DNA of 64,000 nucleotides, from assembly GCA_963422375.2 (NCBI GenBank), contig OY729427.2, positions 960,001-1,024,000 of the forward strand, written 5' to 3'. The notes below the pieces were generated by a model. That model was not told where the DNA came from, searched no databases, and saw only the letters and a program-made list of their open reading frames with translations. The DNA comes from Bryobacterales bacterium (lineage in GTDB: Bacteria; Acidobacteriota; Terriglobia; Bryobacterales; UBA6623). The position numbers were made by a program, and so were the translations under genes. The number at the start of each line of letters is the position of its first letter. Position 1 is the stretch's first letter. Positions 45,123 to 54,754 of the stretch are shown here, piece after piece.

Positions 45123-45923
45123 TCACGGCTGATGTGCCTCGTCCGAAACCTGTACTGTCATGCCGTTGAGGTCCTTGAAGTAGATGCGGTCTTCGCGCCG
45201 TCTAGTCCCAATCCCGTGCCGGCCCAGCTTCTCAGCGACGTCATCCGGGTCGTATCCCTCCACCGAGAAGCAGAAGTGGTCCACTGCCCCGCCCTTCGGT
45301 CGCTGGAACAGGGCCAGAAAGTTGGCGCCCAAGCCTAGAAAGGCGTTCGTCGAGCTACGCTCAATCACGTTCAAGCCCATCAGCCCTTGGTACCACTCGA
45401 TCGAGCGACTGACATCGCTGACCTGAAGCGCCACGTGGTTGACGTCGACAGCGCGAAGGATCGAGCCCAGATTCGGCGTCTCGCGGTATGCCGCGGCAAC
45501 CTCGTCCTCTCGGCGCATCGTCTCCGAGAGATGGTTCTGGATGCCATCAGGGTCGAGGCAGGCCCAAATGTTCGGAGCTCGCTCGAACGGCTCGTAGCCG
45601 TGCTGCTTCAGCACCGCTCCAGCCGAAGCTTCGTCCAGCCCTTCCACTGCCGGCGAGAAGTGGTTTAGCTCGGCTCGCTCGCCGCGGAACAGCGCCAAGT
45701 AGTTCCGCTTCAGGCCCAGCATCCTCCCGCGGTCGCCCATATCGCGGAATACGCGCATGCCGAGCACGTTTGCGTAGAACTCGCTCGCGCTCTCGACGTC
45801 CGGAACGGTGAGGGAGAGGTGGTTGATCGAGGTGGCGCGGAACAGCCCTGAGCTTGCGTGGGACCTGTGCGCGACCAGCGCGCCTCCGGCGACGGCCAGC
45901 CACTGTCTGCGGGTAGTCAGCAT
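45123..45923 (-). CDS. VOC (glyoxalase/bleomycin-resistance) family protein, two domains, Tat-like signal
   Basis: TRRQWL; INHLSLTVPDVE...FY..VLG and VNHVALQVSDV...WY..LMG; DPDG, YFKDLNG. Confidence 0.85.
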   Translation of the reverse strand: MLTTRRQWLAVAGGALVAHRSHASSGLFRATSINHLSLTVPDVESASEFYANVLGMRVFRDMGDRGRMLGLKRNYLALFRGERAELNHFSPAVEGLDEASAGAVLKQHGYEPFERAPNIWACLDPDGIQNHLSETMRREDEVAAAYRETPNLGSILRAVDVNHVALQVSDVSRSIEWYQGLMGLNVIERSSTNAFLGLGANFLALFQRPKGGAVDHFCFSVEGYDPDDVAEKLGRHGIGTRRREDRIYFKDLNGMTVQVSDEAHQP

Positions 45924-46025
45924 TGTTGTTCTCCGGTTCGCGAGATTCGCACCGTCCAGTCTACCCCCGAACGCCGTCGGCAGCACGGCGAAACCGGAAT
46001 CCGGGCGAATCCCGCACCCCAGGCC

Positions 46026-47070
46026 CAGCGATTCTAAATTTGGGGAATTTGGCGATGTCCAGAGAGTCTGAGAAGGGTATCGAAGGCGGTCTGGCGCAGA
46101 CAGGCACTTGACTTTTCCTAGCGGAATTTGTGAGCTAGGGTGTATGCCGCATGTCCTGGACTCGCTGCTGAGCGCCTTCCTCGAGACGGCCGCCGGCCTG
46201 CCCGACCGGCGCAGGGGTCGCAACACGCGCTACGAGGTCAGCGACGCCGCCGGTTGCGCCCTGGTGCGCCCCGGCCTGCTTCTTCACCCGGTGCGAGTCG
46301 TTCCTCGAGTCCCAGCGGCGCATGGAGCGGGACGGCTCCCGCTCCAACTGCCGGACCCTGTTCGGCGTGGGCCGCATCCCCTGCGACGACTATATCCGCA
46401 ACTTGGACTATATCCGCAACTTGCTCGACGGCCACGACCCGGCCGCGTTCGACCCGCCGTTCCGGCCGTGCCTCGAAACCGTGACTGGGCAGGGCGCGCT
46501 CGAGCCCTTCCAGCGCCTCGACGGGCGCCTGCCGGCGGCTCCGGACGGCGTCCAGTTCCACCGCTCCGACACGGTGCATTGCCCGCAGTGCTCGGTGCGG
46601 CGCGTCGGCAGCGAGCGCCGACGGCTGTACCTCCACACCATGGCCGTCGGCCACCGCGGTGGCCGACGGCCACGCCACCGTCCTGCCGCTGATGCCCGAG
46701 TTCGCGTGCCCGCAGCAGGACCCGGCCGCGAACCGCGCCGACCTCAGCGAGGGCGAGCGCAAGCGGGACTGCTAGCGCAACGCCGCCAAGCGCTGGATCG
46801 CCACTCACGGTGCCTGGCTGCAGCCCTGCCGCCCCGTCCTGCCGGGCGACGACCTGTACTGCAGCCAGCCGGTCCGCGAGGCCGGATCTCACAAGCGCTT
46901 GTACAAGGTGCTGGAGAGCCGGCGGGCGAGCGGCGCAGTGCGATCGACCGGCTGGCTGCCGCGGCCCGGGCCGGGCAAGCGGTCCCAGGGGCACCGTTTC
47001 CGCTGGACGGACGCGGTGCCCCTGCGCAAGGGCCGCGACGCACTGCAGCGGGGCTGCGACTCGCGCAGCG
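46026..47070 (+). mobile_element. ISNCY-like DDE transposase remnant with left end
   Basis: End cagcgattctaaa; LPDRRRGRNTRYEVSDAA, SNCRTLFG..IPCDDYIRNLLD, DGVQFHRS..HCPQC, GDDLYC; homologous to 55860-56688. Confidence 0.75.
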
Positions 47071-47118
47071 CCAGCATAGTATCTGGACTATCGACAATGC
47101 GGGTGGGGTTGAGTCGGA

Positions 47119-47560
47119 TTAGCGGGGAAGCTTCCTGCCCACTACGGTCGCAACGAGAATCGCAAGGGACGTTACGATCGTCGAAGCCACTTCTCCATGC
47201 CAGTCAGCAGCGAGGAAGTATGCAGCAGCTAATCCCGCAATCGCTACCACACCGCCAACGAATAGACCACGCTTCGAGGCTTCGTCGGATCGGGCCACTC
47301 GGTCCATCGCGAACTTGAACCTTCGTTCGTCTAGAAGCGCTTCATGGTCGCAGATAGTCCGCACAAAGTCGGCTACTTGCTGCGGTTCCAGCCGATCGAG
47401 AAGGTTGGGAGGCAGTTGTTGGACGTTGATCTGGGTATAATGCCCGCCCGGTTCGGACCAAATCCGGCCTAGGAAGATCAGAACCCTCTGGTGGAGGGCC
47501 TGCCGCGCTGTCCGCTCCCTCCGAAGCAGGCCCCAGTGCCTTGCGGTTGTCGTCAGACAT
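47119..47560 (-). pseudogene. Small membrane protein gene (two C-terminal TM helices), probable frameshift near 47465
   Basis: ATG overlaps the upstream ORF end; second frame HYTQINVQQLPPNLLDRLEPQQVADFVRTICDHEALLDERRFKFA followed by two hydrophobic segments. Confidence 0.45.
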
Positions 47561-47879
47561 ACTCGGAAGACTCGACCGTACGCCGCCCCAAGGTGAAAGG
47601 CAGCATCTTGCTCAACGCGTCCTTGGGCCCGCTCGTCGGCTGCACGTCAAGGAAGTACGCATCGCTGGTAGTGCTGATACGGGTCAGCCAGTGCGGGTGC
47701 TGCTCTACGATCTTGCCCTTGTACCTCCGCAGCCACCCTAGCATTTCCAAGCGGACGTGAGACGACGCGTGCGATGAGAACGCAACATGCACTCTCCATC
47801 CTCCGTGGTGCGGAAAAATCTTGCAGTGGTACACGGGTGGATCTACCGCTTGATCATAGTCGGGAAACGGCTGACTCAT
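47553..47879 (-). CDS. Hypothetical protein (108 aa)
   Basis: ATG 47879 after ggagtgaagcg; globular composition; overlaps the next gene start. Confidence 0.5.
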   Translation of the reverse strand: MSQPFPDYDQAVDPPVYHCKIFPHHGGWRVHVAFSSHASSHVRLEMLGWLRRYKGKIVEQHPHWLTRISTTSDAYFLDVQPTSGPKDALSKMLPFTLGRRTVESSEYV

Positions 47880-48390
47880 CGCTTCACTCCCCGTCGTGCC
47901 CGCCAGCGACGCCCAGTAGGCGCACGGGAAAACGGATTTCCAGTATACGCCATATCGGCAGAGTTGATAACGAGGACCTGAGGCGGACCGAAGGCGCTGT
48001 CGTCTCCGATAGCCCCTAGCGCGCGCAAGCAACTCGGTCCCGTCGCTAACGGAGGCCAACCGATCCGCAGGCAGCGGCGAGCGTACCGGGACAGCAACCG
48101 GAACCGCGTATGACGGGCCTTCCGGCCCGAGGCTTCGGTTGCGCTCCACTCGCCGAATGAGATTCCGTTCGACGCAATTCCGTCGAGGCGCGATGCGGTC
48201 CACAAGGTAATCCCGGTAACCGGCCTCGCCGCGAGAGTCGGCGGGCGTCACCAGTCGAGAAGCAAGATCGGCGAGTAGCGCCCGAGCGGACCTAGGCGTG
48301 AATGGCGCACCACCCTGTGAGCGGGTCTCGTTCCAAGGCGCTCCGCGAGGCCGGTCCCGTGCGGCGCATGTTTCGTAAGATCAACGGAGC

Positions 48391-49722
48391 GTGCCGCGAC
48401 CAGCCCACCTTCTCGCGATCCTAGCCGTCGCAATGCCACTGGCAGGGCAGCCCAGGCCGAACTTCGTCGTGATCCTTAGCGACGACCAGAGCTGGGTCGG
48501 ATCCTCGGTCCAGATGGACCGCGCCGACCCGCGGTCGGGAAGCGACTACTTCCGCACGCCGAGCTTGGAGCGGCTGGCTCGGAGCGGCATGACCTTCACC
48601 GACGGATACGCGCCCGCGCCGTTCTGCTGCCCGACCCGTCGCAGCCTGCAGGTCGCCCAGACGCCTGCGCGTCACCTCTACCAGCGGGACCAGCAGTCAT
48701 GGCCGGGCCGCTACCGCGAGCAGCTCAACATACCGCGGATGCTGAAGCACTCCGACCCGCGGTACAAGGTCGCGCACTTCGGCAAGTGGGACCACCGCTT
48801 CGACAGCCCGAGTCCGGAAGAGATGGGCTACGACGAGAGCGACGGATACACAGGCAACGGAACAGGCGGAGGCAAGGGCTCGGGCGGCCCGGCCGCGTCG
48901 GGAGACCCGAAGCTGATCGACCACATCACCTCGCGGGCTTGCCAGTTCCTGGAGGCCCAAGCTCGCGCACGTAACCCGTTCTACCTGCAGGTTTCGCACT
49001 ACGCCGTCCATCTCGACATCTATTACCGAAAGGCAACGCTCGACCTAGTGAAGCCGTGGACCACGGGCCGGAAGCACTACATGCCCGAGTTCGCCGCGAT
49101 GACCCGGGACATGGACGACTCCGTGGGCCGGGTGCTCGACAAGATCGCCGAATTGGGCCTGAGCGACTCGACCTACGTGATTTTCCTGTCGGACAACGGC
49201 GGTCGCGGCACGATTCCGGGTGCCGGCGAGCCCCCCATCCCGCGCAACCACCCTCTGCGTGGCGCGAAGGGCTCCATGTACGAAGGCGGCATCCGCGTGC
49301 CGTTTCTGGCTTCAGGACCCGGCATCGAGCCGAGGAGCGTCACGCGAACGCCCGTCACAGGCTTGGACATCCTGCCGACGCTGGCAGATCTGTCGGGGTA
49401 CGGTAAGGACCTTCCCGCGACAACGGACGGCGGCAGCCTAGCACCCCTATTCCGCGGGGAAGCGACAGAGGTCGACCGCCTCCGCGATTTCCTCGTCTTC
49501 CACCAAGCCGTAGGGCGACGCGCCCAGTCGGCGATCCGACTCGGGAACTGGAAGCTGGTCAAGACCTGGCAGCAGGACGAGACCGAATTGTTCGACTTGT
49601 CGGCAGACATCGGCGAGTCCAGAGATCTAGCGGACGAGAAGCCCCAACAGGCCAAGCGCCTCCATGCGCTGCTGTCCGGCTTCCTAGCCGAAGTCGGGGC
49701 CGAGACCCGAAAGACGGACTAG
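48391..49722 (+). CDS. Sulfatase (Cys-type), secreted
   Basis: PNFVVILSDD, CCPTRRSL, GKW, SHYAVH, SDNGG, KGSMYEGGIRVP, LFDLSADIGE. Confidence 0.93.
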   Translation: MPRPAHLLAILAVAMPLAGQPRPNFVVILSDDQSWVGSSVQMDRADPRSGSDYFRTPSLERLARSGMTFTDGYAPAPFCCPTRRSLQVAQTPARHLYQRDQQSWPGRYREQLNIPRMLKHSDPRYKVAHFGKWDHRFDSPSPEEMGYDESDGYTGNGTGGGKGSGGPAASGDPKLIDHITSRACQFLEAQARARNPFYLQVSHYAVHLDIYYRKATLDLVKPWTTGRKHYMPEFAAMTRDMDDSVGRVLDKIAELGLSDSTYVIFLSDNGGRGTIPGAGEPPIPRNHPLRGAKGSMYEGGIRVPFLASGPGIEPRSVTRTPVTGLDILPTLADLSGYGKDLPATTDGGSLAPLFRGEATEVDRLRDFLVFHQAVGRRAQSAIRLGNWKLVKTWQQDETELFDLSADIGESRDLADEKPQQAKRLHALLSGFLAEVGAETRKTD

Positions 49723-49758
49723 GCCGGGGCTAGCGACCGCTGTCAAGGCCGACCGATC

Positions 49759-49848
49759 TGGCGGTGAGGGTGGGATTCGAACCCACGGAGCCCGCGAAGG
49801 CTCAACGGTTTTCGAGACCGCCCGATTCAACCACTCTCGCACCTCACC
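49759..49848 (-). tRNA. tRNA-Ser(CGA)
   Basis: Minus strand GGTGAGG..CCTCACC-G-CCA acceptor, anticodon loop CT-CGA-AA, long variable arm, GGTTCGAATCC T-loop. Confidence 0.96.
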
Positions 49849-50256
49849 GCAAGAGCGCTGGCTCCAGTATACAGGGCACCCGATCTAGACCGCCTGGCAA
49901 GGCATCTTCCTCCCCAGCCCAGAACCGATTCGTCTGCGGTCCGGGCACCCCGACGGGCCCCTGCAGATCCTTCCCGCGTCGCCACTAGCGAACCTGAACC
50001 TGTCCACAACCCGATTGAAGCTTTCGCCGAGAGCGAACAGTCGGCAGACGGGAACCAGAGACTCAACACGCCCAATACTAGGCGTCGACAAGGCCGCGTA
50101 TGTCGCGAAGGACCGCAGTAGGGAAGCTGTTGGCCAACTTCGCCTGTTTCGATGGGGTGAACTTGCTGGATTCGGAGCGGGCGGCGGGGACCGCACGAGG
50201 ACTCCTATCGGCATCATGCTCGGAGACCCAACCCTGATCTCGGTCGGATCGGCAGA

Positions 50257-51147
50257 CTACCAGAACTCACGGCAGTGCCTGTGGACACGTTCGCCGTGCC
50301 GACGAAGTTCCTGCATGCGCGCAGCGCCAGGCGCGCCGTCTTTATCGAGCGCGTGCAGGTCCTCCTCGAGTTCGGCTCGTCCGTTGGGTGCCGCGAGCAC
50401 GACCGCAATTGCCTCTTGCGCCAGGCAGAAGTGGTAGCACTCTGCTGCGCTGGGCGGCCGGAATCCCGGCGGGTCGTCCGGCGTGGCCCGCAGCAGGTCG
50501 CGCCACCGCAGGGCCGTGAACGTCACCACGGGCATGCCCAGCGCGGTTGTCACCGGGAACACCTCTTTCTCCGCTCCGGTGTGGGCCGCGTTGTAGCGGA
50601 TCATCAGCAGGTCGAGCAGGAGTCTTCCGTCCGGCCCGCGCTCTTGCGCCCACTTGGCGGCTAGAGTGCGCTGGTGGCTGGTCAGGCCGATCTTGCCAAG
50701 CTGGCCCGCGCGACGGCGCTTCGCCAGCGACTCCCAAGCTCCGCCGGGGCCGGTCAGGCGACGCCATTCCTCGTCCGACTCCACGTAGTACAGCGTGCCA
50801 ACCTCCAAGCGCGCGCTCCCGGTTTCCTCCAGAATCCAGTCCATCTCGCGCTCGGCCTCGGAGGCGGTGCGAGCCTTGATCTGCGCCGCTAGAACAATCT
50901 CGCGCCGCAGGCTGCCGACCTCGCGCATGGCGCGAGACAGCCCGTCGGGCCGCCTGCACCAGTTGAAGTACCGCACGCCCCGTTCAAGGGCATAGTGAAC
51001 GTCGTCCGCCTCCAGGACGGTGTTGCCCCGCGTGGCCACGCCCAATCGCGGGATCGGGGGAAGACCGTCTCCCAGCCGAGCGGTAGCCCTCCGCCCGGAC
51101 TCGCCGCCCGAGGGGGCGCTATCGCCGAGCCGGTCGTCTCCGCGCAT
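50257..51147 (-). CDS. Aldo/keto reductase family protein
   Basis: ALERGVRYFNW, GKIGLTSH, LMIRYNAAH..AE..VFP, FCLAQ. Confidence 0.75.
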   Translation of the reverse strand: MRGDDRLGDSAPSGGESGRRATARLGDGLPPIPRLGVATRGNTVLEADDVHYALERGVRYFNWCRRPDGLSRAMREVGSLRREIVLAAQIKARTASEAEREMDWILEETGSARLEVGTLYYVESDEEWRRLTGPGGAWESLAKRRRAGQLGKIGLTSHQRTLAAKWAQERGPDGRLLLDLLMIRYNAAHTGAEKEVFPVTTALGMPVVTFTALRWRDLLRATPDDPPGFRPPSAAECYHFCLAQEAIAVVLAAPNGRAELEEDLHALDKDGAPGAARMQELRRHGERVHRHCREFW

Positions 51148-51160
51148 TCAGAAGGCGGCG

Positions 51161-53848
51161 TCAGAACGTGAATCGCAAGGTGAACCGGTAGGTTCGACCG
51201 TCATTGAGCGTGTTGGTAATCCGTCCGAAGTTCCCCTGCGCCAAGCTCGAGCCCGGTTCCTCGAACTGGGGGTGGTTCGTGAAGTTCAGGGACTCGGCGC
51301 GGAACAGCAGCGTGTTGTCGCCCAGCGCCCAAGACTTCGACAGCGCCGCGTTGATGTTGGCGATGCCGTCCCTGCGGAACGTGTTCCGACCAAGGTTGCC
51401 GCGCCGGTCCGTCGGCGCGATGAACGAGAACGCGCTGGGAGGCAGCCGCTGGGAAGAGGTGTCGGGGTCGTCGATCGAGCGCCCGAGGATCGAAACGTCC
51501 CCGAGGAGCGGAGTGTCGCTTTGCGATCCGTCCACGTTGCCGAAGCCGGGCGCGTCAGAACCGGCGAGCACGGAAAACGGGGTCCCCGACTTGAGCAGCA
51601 CTACCGAACTGAGCTGCCACGCTCCGATCAGATTTCGCAGCAAGCCCGGACGGCCCGCGAGAGTGGGCGTCTGGTAGCTGAAGTTGAATAGCCCGGCGTG
51701 CGGCTGGTCGAAGTTGCTGACTCCACGCAGTTCACCATGCACGTCGAACTCCGAGGGACTCTCGGTTTGCAGGCGATTCGCGTTGGCCGCTGTGTTGAGG
51801 TAGCTGCCGCCTAGGTCGATCGACTTGCTCCACCAGTACGATGCCTCCAGACTCAGCCCGGCCCACTGCGGAATCCTCAGCGTGGCCCGGCCTGCATCAA
51901 AGAAGCCGCGGGAGCCGTTCGTGACGTGCAGGAAGTTGAAGTAGCGTTGGTCGGGGCGGCGCCGGTTCACTGTCCGCGTTGTCTGCGGAATGCCCTCGAC
52001 AACTCGCGCGCGATTTAGGAAGAACATCGACAGAAGCCTGTGGGACCGGCTGCCGACGTAGGCCAGGTCCAGCTTCCAGTCCCTTGCGAGCTCGAACTCC
52101 CAGCTGAGATTGTAGTTGTGCGTGTACGGAAGGGTCAGGTCGGCCGCGACGTCGAAGGTCACCGACCTAGCGTCGGGATCGAACGAGATGGGACGAACTT
52201 CCTTGAGCGGATCGACCAAGTCCGGTGTCTGCACGACGACGGTGATGTTCTGCGGTGGGTTGATGCGCGACTGAATATAGGTCGCAGTGAAGATCTCGCC
52301 GTAGTGGACACCGTAGGCGCCGCGCATGGCCCCCAAGCGGCCCGGCATGCGATAAGCGAACCCGAAGCGAGGCGCGAAGTTGTTCAAGTCGGACGAGTAG
52401 GGGATTCTCGTGAGGTCGTTGACCTCGGTCGGCTTGGCGACAGGCTCCCAGCGCATGCCGAGGCTCAGGGTGAGATCTCCGGTCGCCTTCCACTCGTCCC
52501 CTACGTAGATCTGCGACATCCAGCGTCGGAAGCCGCGATGGACGCTCCCGATCGCGACCGAGTAGTTGCTGGCCAAACCCATGCGCAAGTTAGTGACGCC
52601 GTCACGGCCGAAATTCTGGCGAAACATGAACCGGCCGCGGTGGTCCTGCAGCTCGCGGCCGTTGATCTGGCCGCGGTGCAGGTCGCCCCCGAAGGTGATG
52701 TTGTGGTTGCCTCGACGGTAGCGCAAGCGCGCGCCGTAGCGGAAGTTGTTGCCGGCCCGGTCAACTGGAAACCGCCCCGGCGGCCCGATCGAATCGAGCT
52801 CCCGCCCGATCCGGATCCACGGCCCGATGGAGGTCTCGTCGGGAATCAGCATGGAGCCCACCCGGTCGAATCCGGCAGTGAAGTCGGCCGTCAGCTCGGG
52901 CGTCCAGCTGCGGTTCCACGTGATGCGCGACTGGTGATTGCGGGTAGTGGTGTTGGGATTCTGACCACCCACGAGCTGGAAGGCGTCGACGTTCTGCAGC
53001 ACCAAGCCGTAGCGCATGGTCAGCCGGGCGTCGCTCCCGGTCCGCTGGTCCAGAGTCGCGGACAGCCGGTCGTTGGCGATATCCTGGGGCGCGTTCGTGT
53101 TCAGGGCCCGCGGATTGACGTCTGTGCGGTTCGGCGCGGCGACCGGATACGCGTCCATGATGCGCTGAACGAAGGCTCGCGTGGCCGGGTCGTCGGTCAG
53201 CGGCTCGCGCTCGTCAAGCGCGGGAACGAGCACGTTTCCGTTGACCTGCCCCTTGTTGCGGGTCTGGCTGCCGTCGAACGTCAGCGTGCCACCCTTCCAA
53301 GCGGGCATGCCGAGAGTCATGCCGTAGTTGTTGCTACGAGCGGGCTGCACCGCCCCAACTTGGAAGAACGACCTAGCACTCACCGCACTGTTGGTGTGGG
53401 TCCAGAAGACATTCCCGTTGACGCGCGCGGCGCTCGCCGACGGGGCGTGGATCGGCCGAGACGGCGGGCCGCCGTACTCCGTCGCCCAATACGAGCGGTC
53501 GATCTGGAAGCTCTTGACCGCAGTGGCCGAAATACCGAGGCGTTCGTTGAGCTCGCGCAGCACGTTGTTGTCGATGAGTGTCAGGCGCACGTTCTCGTTG
53601 CGCCGACCCTCGCCCTGCTCGGAGTTCACCTCTCCGAGCAGGTTCAGGCGGGTCCTGTCGGCCGACTGGCCGTCCGAAGCGGTCGACTCCGACGCGTCGG
53701 AGGTGTCGGATGCCTCCGTGGCGGTTGCAGGCTCCGACGCGGAGGCTTCCGAAGCGCCGCCGTCGGCAGCAGTCTGCGGCCATCCCCGCACTGGAGCCCC
53801 AATTGCGATTAGGGCGGCAAGAACCGACGGAACTGCACGAATGCTCAC
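51161..53848 (-). CDS. TonB-dependent receptor-like beta-barrel protein (Oar-like), shortened N-terminus
   Basis: Signal peptide; SARSFF, DEWK, NNFAPRFGFAY, YVGSRS, GNLGRNTF, FRAESLNFTNHPQF, terminal LRFTF. Confidence 0.85.
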   Translation of the reverse strand: MSIRAVPSVLAALIAIGAPVRGWPQTAADGGASEASASEPATATEASDTSDASESTASDGQSADRTRLNLLGEVNSEQGEGRRNENVRLTLIDNNVLRELNERLGISATAVKSFQIDRSYWATEYGGPPSRPIHAPSASAARVNGNVFWTHTNSAVSARSFFQVGAVQPARSNNYGMTLGMPAWKGGTLTFDGSQTRNKGQVNGNVLVPALDEREPLTDDPATRAFVQRIMDAYPVAAPNRTDVNPRALNTNAPQDIANDRLSATLDQRTGSDARLTMRYGLVLQNVDAFQLVGGQNPNTTTRNHQSRITWNRSWTPELTADFTAGFDRVGSMLIPDETSIGPWIRIGRELDSIGPPGRFPVDRAGNNFRYGARLRYRRGNHNITFGGDLHRGQINGRELQDHRGRFMFRQNFGRDGVTNLRMGLASNYSVAIGSVHRGFRRWMSQIYVGDEWKATGDLTLSLGMRWEPVAKPTEVNDLTRIPYSSDLNNFAPRFGFAYRMPGRLGAMRGAYGVHYGEIFTATYIQSRINPPQNITVVVQTPDLVDPLKEVRPISFDPDARSVTFDVAADLTLPYTHNYNLSWEFELARDWKLDLAYVGSRSHRLLSMFFLNRARVVEGIPQTTRTVNRRRPDQRYFNFLHVTNGSRGFFDAGRATLRIPQWAGLSLEASYWWSKSIDLGGSYLNTAANANRLQTESPSEFDVHGELRGVSNFDQPHAGLFNFSYQTPTLAGRPGLLRNLIGAWQLSSVVLLKSGTPFSVLAGSDAPGFGNVDGSQSDTPLLGDVSILGRSIDDPDTSSQRLPPSAFSFIAPTDRRGNLGRNTFRRDGIANINAALSKSWALGDNTLLFRAESLNFTNHPQFEEPGSSLAQGNFGRITNTLNDGRTYRFTLRFTF

Positions 53849-54459
53849 AGTACCTCCACAGAACCTCCACAGACGATTGCGTCGAACGCAGAAAAGGGGT
53901 GCCCCGGCTACGTCTATCTGGCGCTGATCATAGCCGAGGCGTTACCGAGGACCCGCCTACGGACGCAGGCGCATTCGGGTCTCAGCTAGCCAGCACGCAC
54001 TCGGTTAAGCCGGCACGCACTTGATTCTTGGACATCGCCCACCATACCGGGGCAATTGTACGCCCTCCTAGGTTGGGGGTTGTGTGCGCTGGGAGTCCCA
54101 ATCGGCCGAGAGCACGCCCCCGGGTCCACCGACGGCGTTTTTCTGTACCCCTGCGTCAGGCTTGACTCGCGAGCCACACTCGATTGTCCTGCCGACCGCG
54201 ACTGGACCGAGCATACAGATTGCCGAAGGGACCGAATTGCCTCGTCGCATGGCGGGGAGGCCGTCGGAAGGCCGGGCGTAGCCTGTCGGCAGGGAATGGA
54301 CCCAGAGCCCCGCTGCCCAAGACGTAAGTCATTTCCCTGCAATGATTTAATGACTCGCCCAGTACAAGGAGACGGCATTGCACGAACAGCCCACCGATGC
54401 GATGGCCACCCTTGCGCACAGGGCAGGCGGACGGCCCCGCAACTCAAACTGAATCGGAG

Positions 54460-54754
54460 CGAGCCCGTGCATGGGGCCGTACGGGTACCACGGGAGGAGT
54501 TCCATCGGCATCGCCATCGTCACCTTCCCGCACGGCGAGCACAAGGACGACCGCACACAGTGGCAGCTTTCAGCTTGGCACGGCCTCGATGCCGAACTCG
54601 TACTACATCTACGTATTTGACGGCGACTTCGGGACGCTCTTCGTCAAGTTCCGCTCGTACTTCTCGTACTGCGCCAAGCTGTGCCTTAGCGGCCACGTGT
54701 ACCTCCCACAGGCAGCACCTCGACTGCTGCCGTCTGCCCTAGCCTCCCTCAAGC
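54460..54754 (+). mobile_element. Fragment of an uncharacterised mobile-element protein family
   Basis: NSYYIYVFDGDFGTLFVKFRSYFSYCAKLCLSGHVYL resembles a recalled motif YYFY..D.DFGP.F.KF.SYFPY..KLC.NGH; recognition from memory only. Confidence 0.4.

Noticed and set aside
49759..49848. tRNA-Ser as the integration site of an island
   Set aside because: No integrase nearby, no duplicated tRNA 3' end noticed, and flanking genes are host-like; not checked exhaustively
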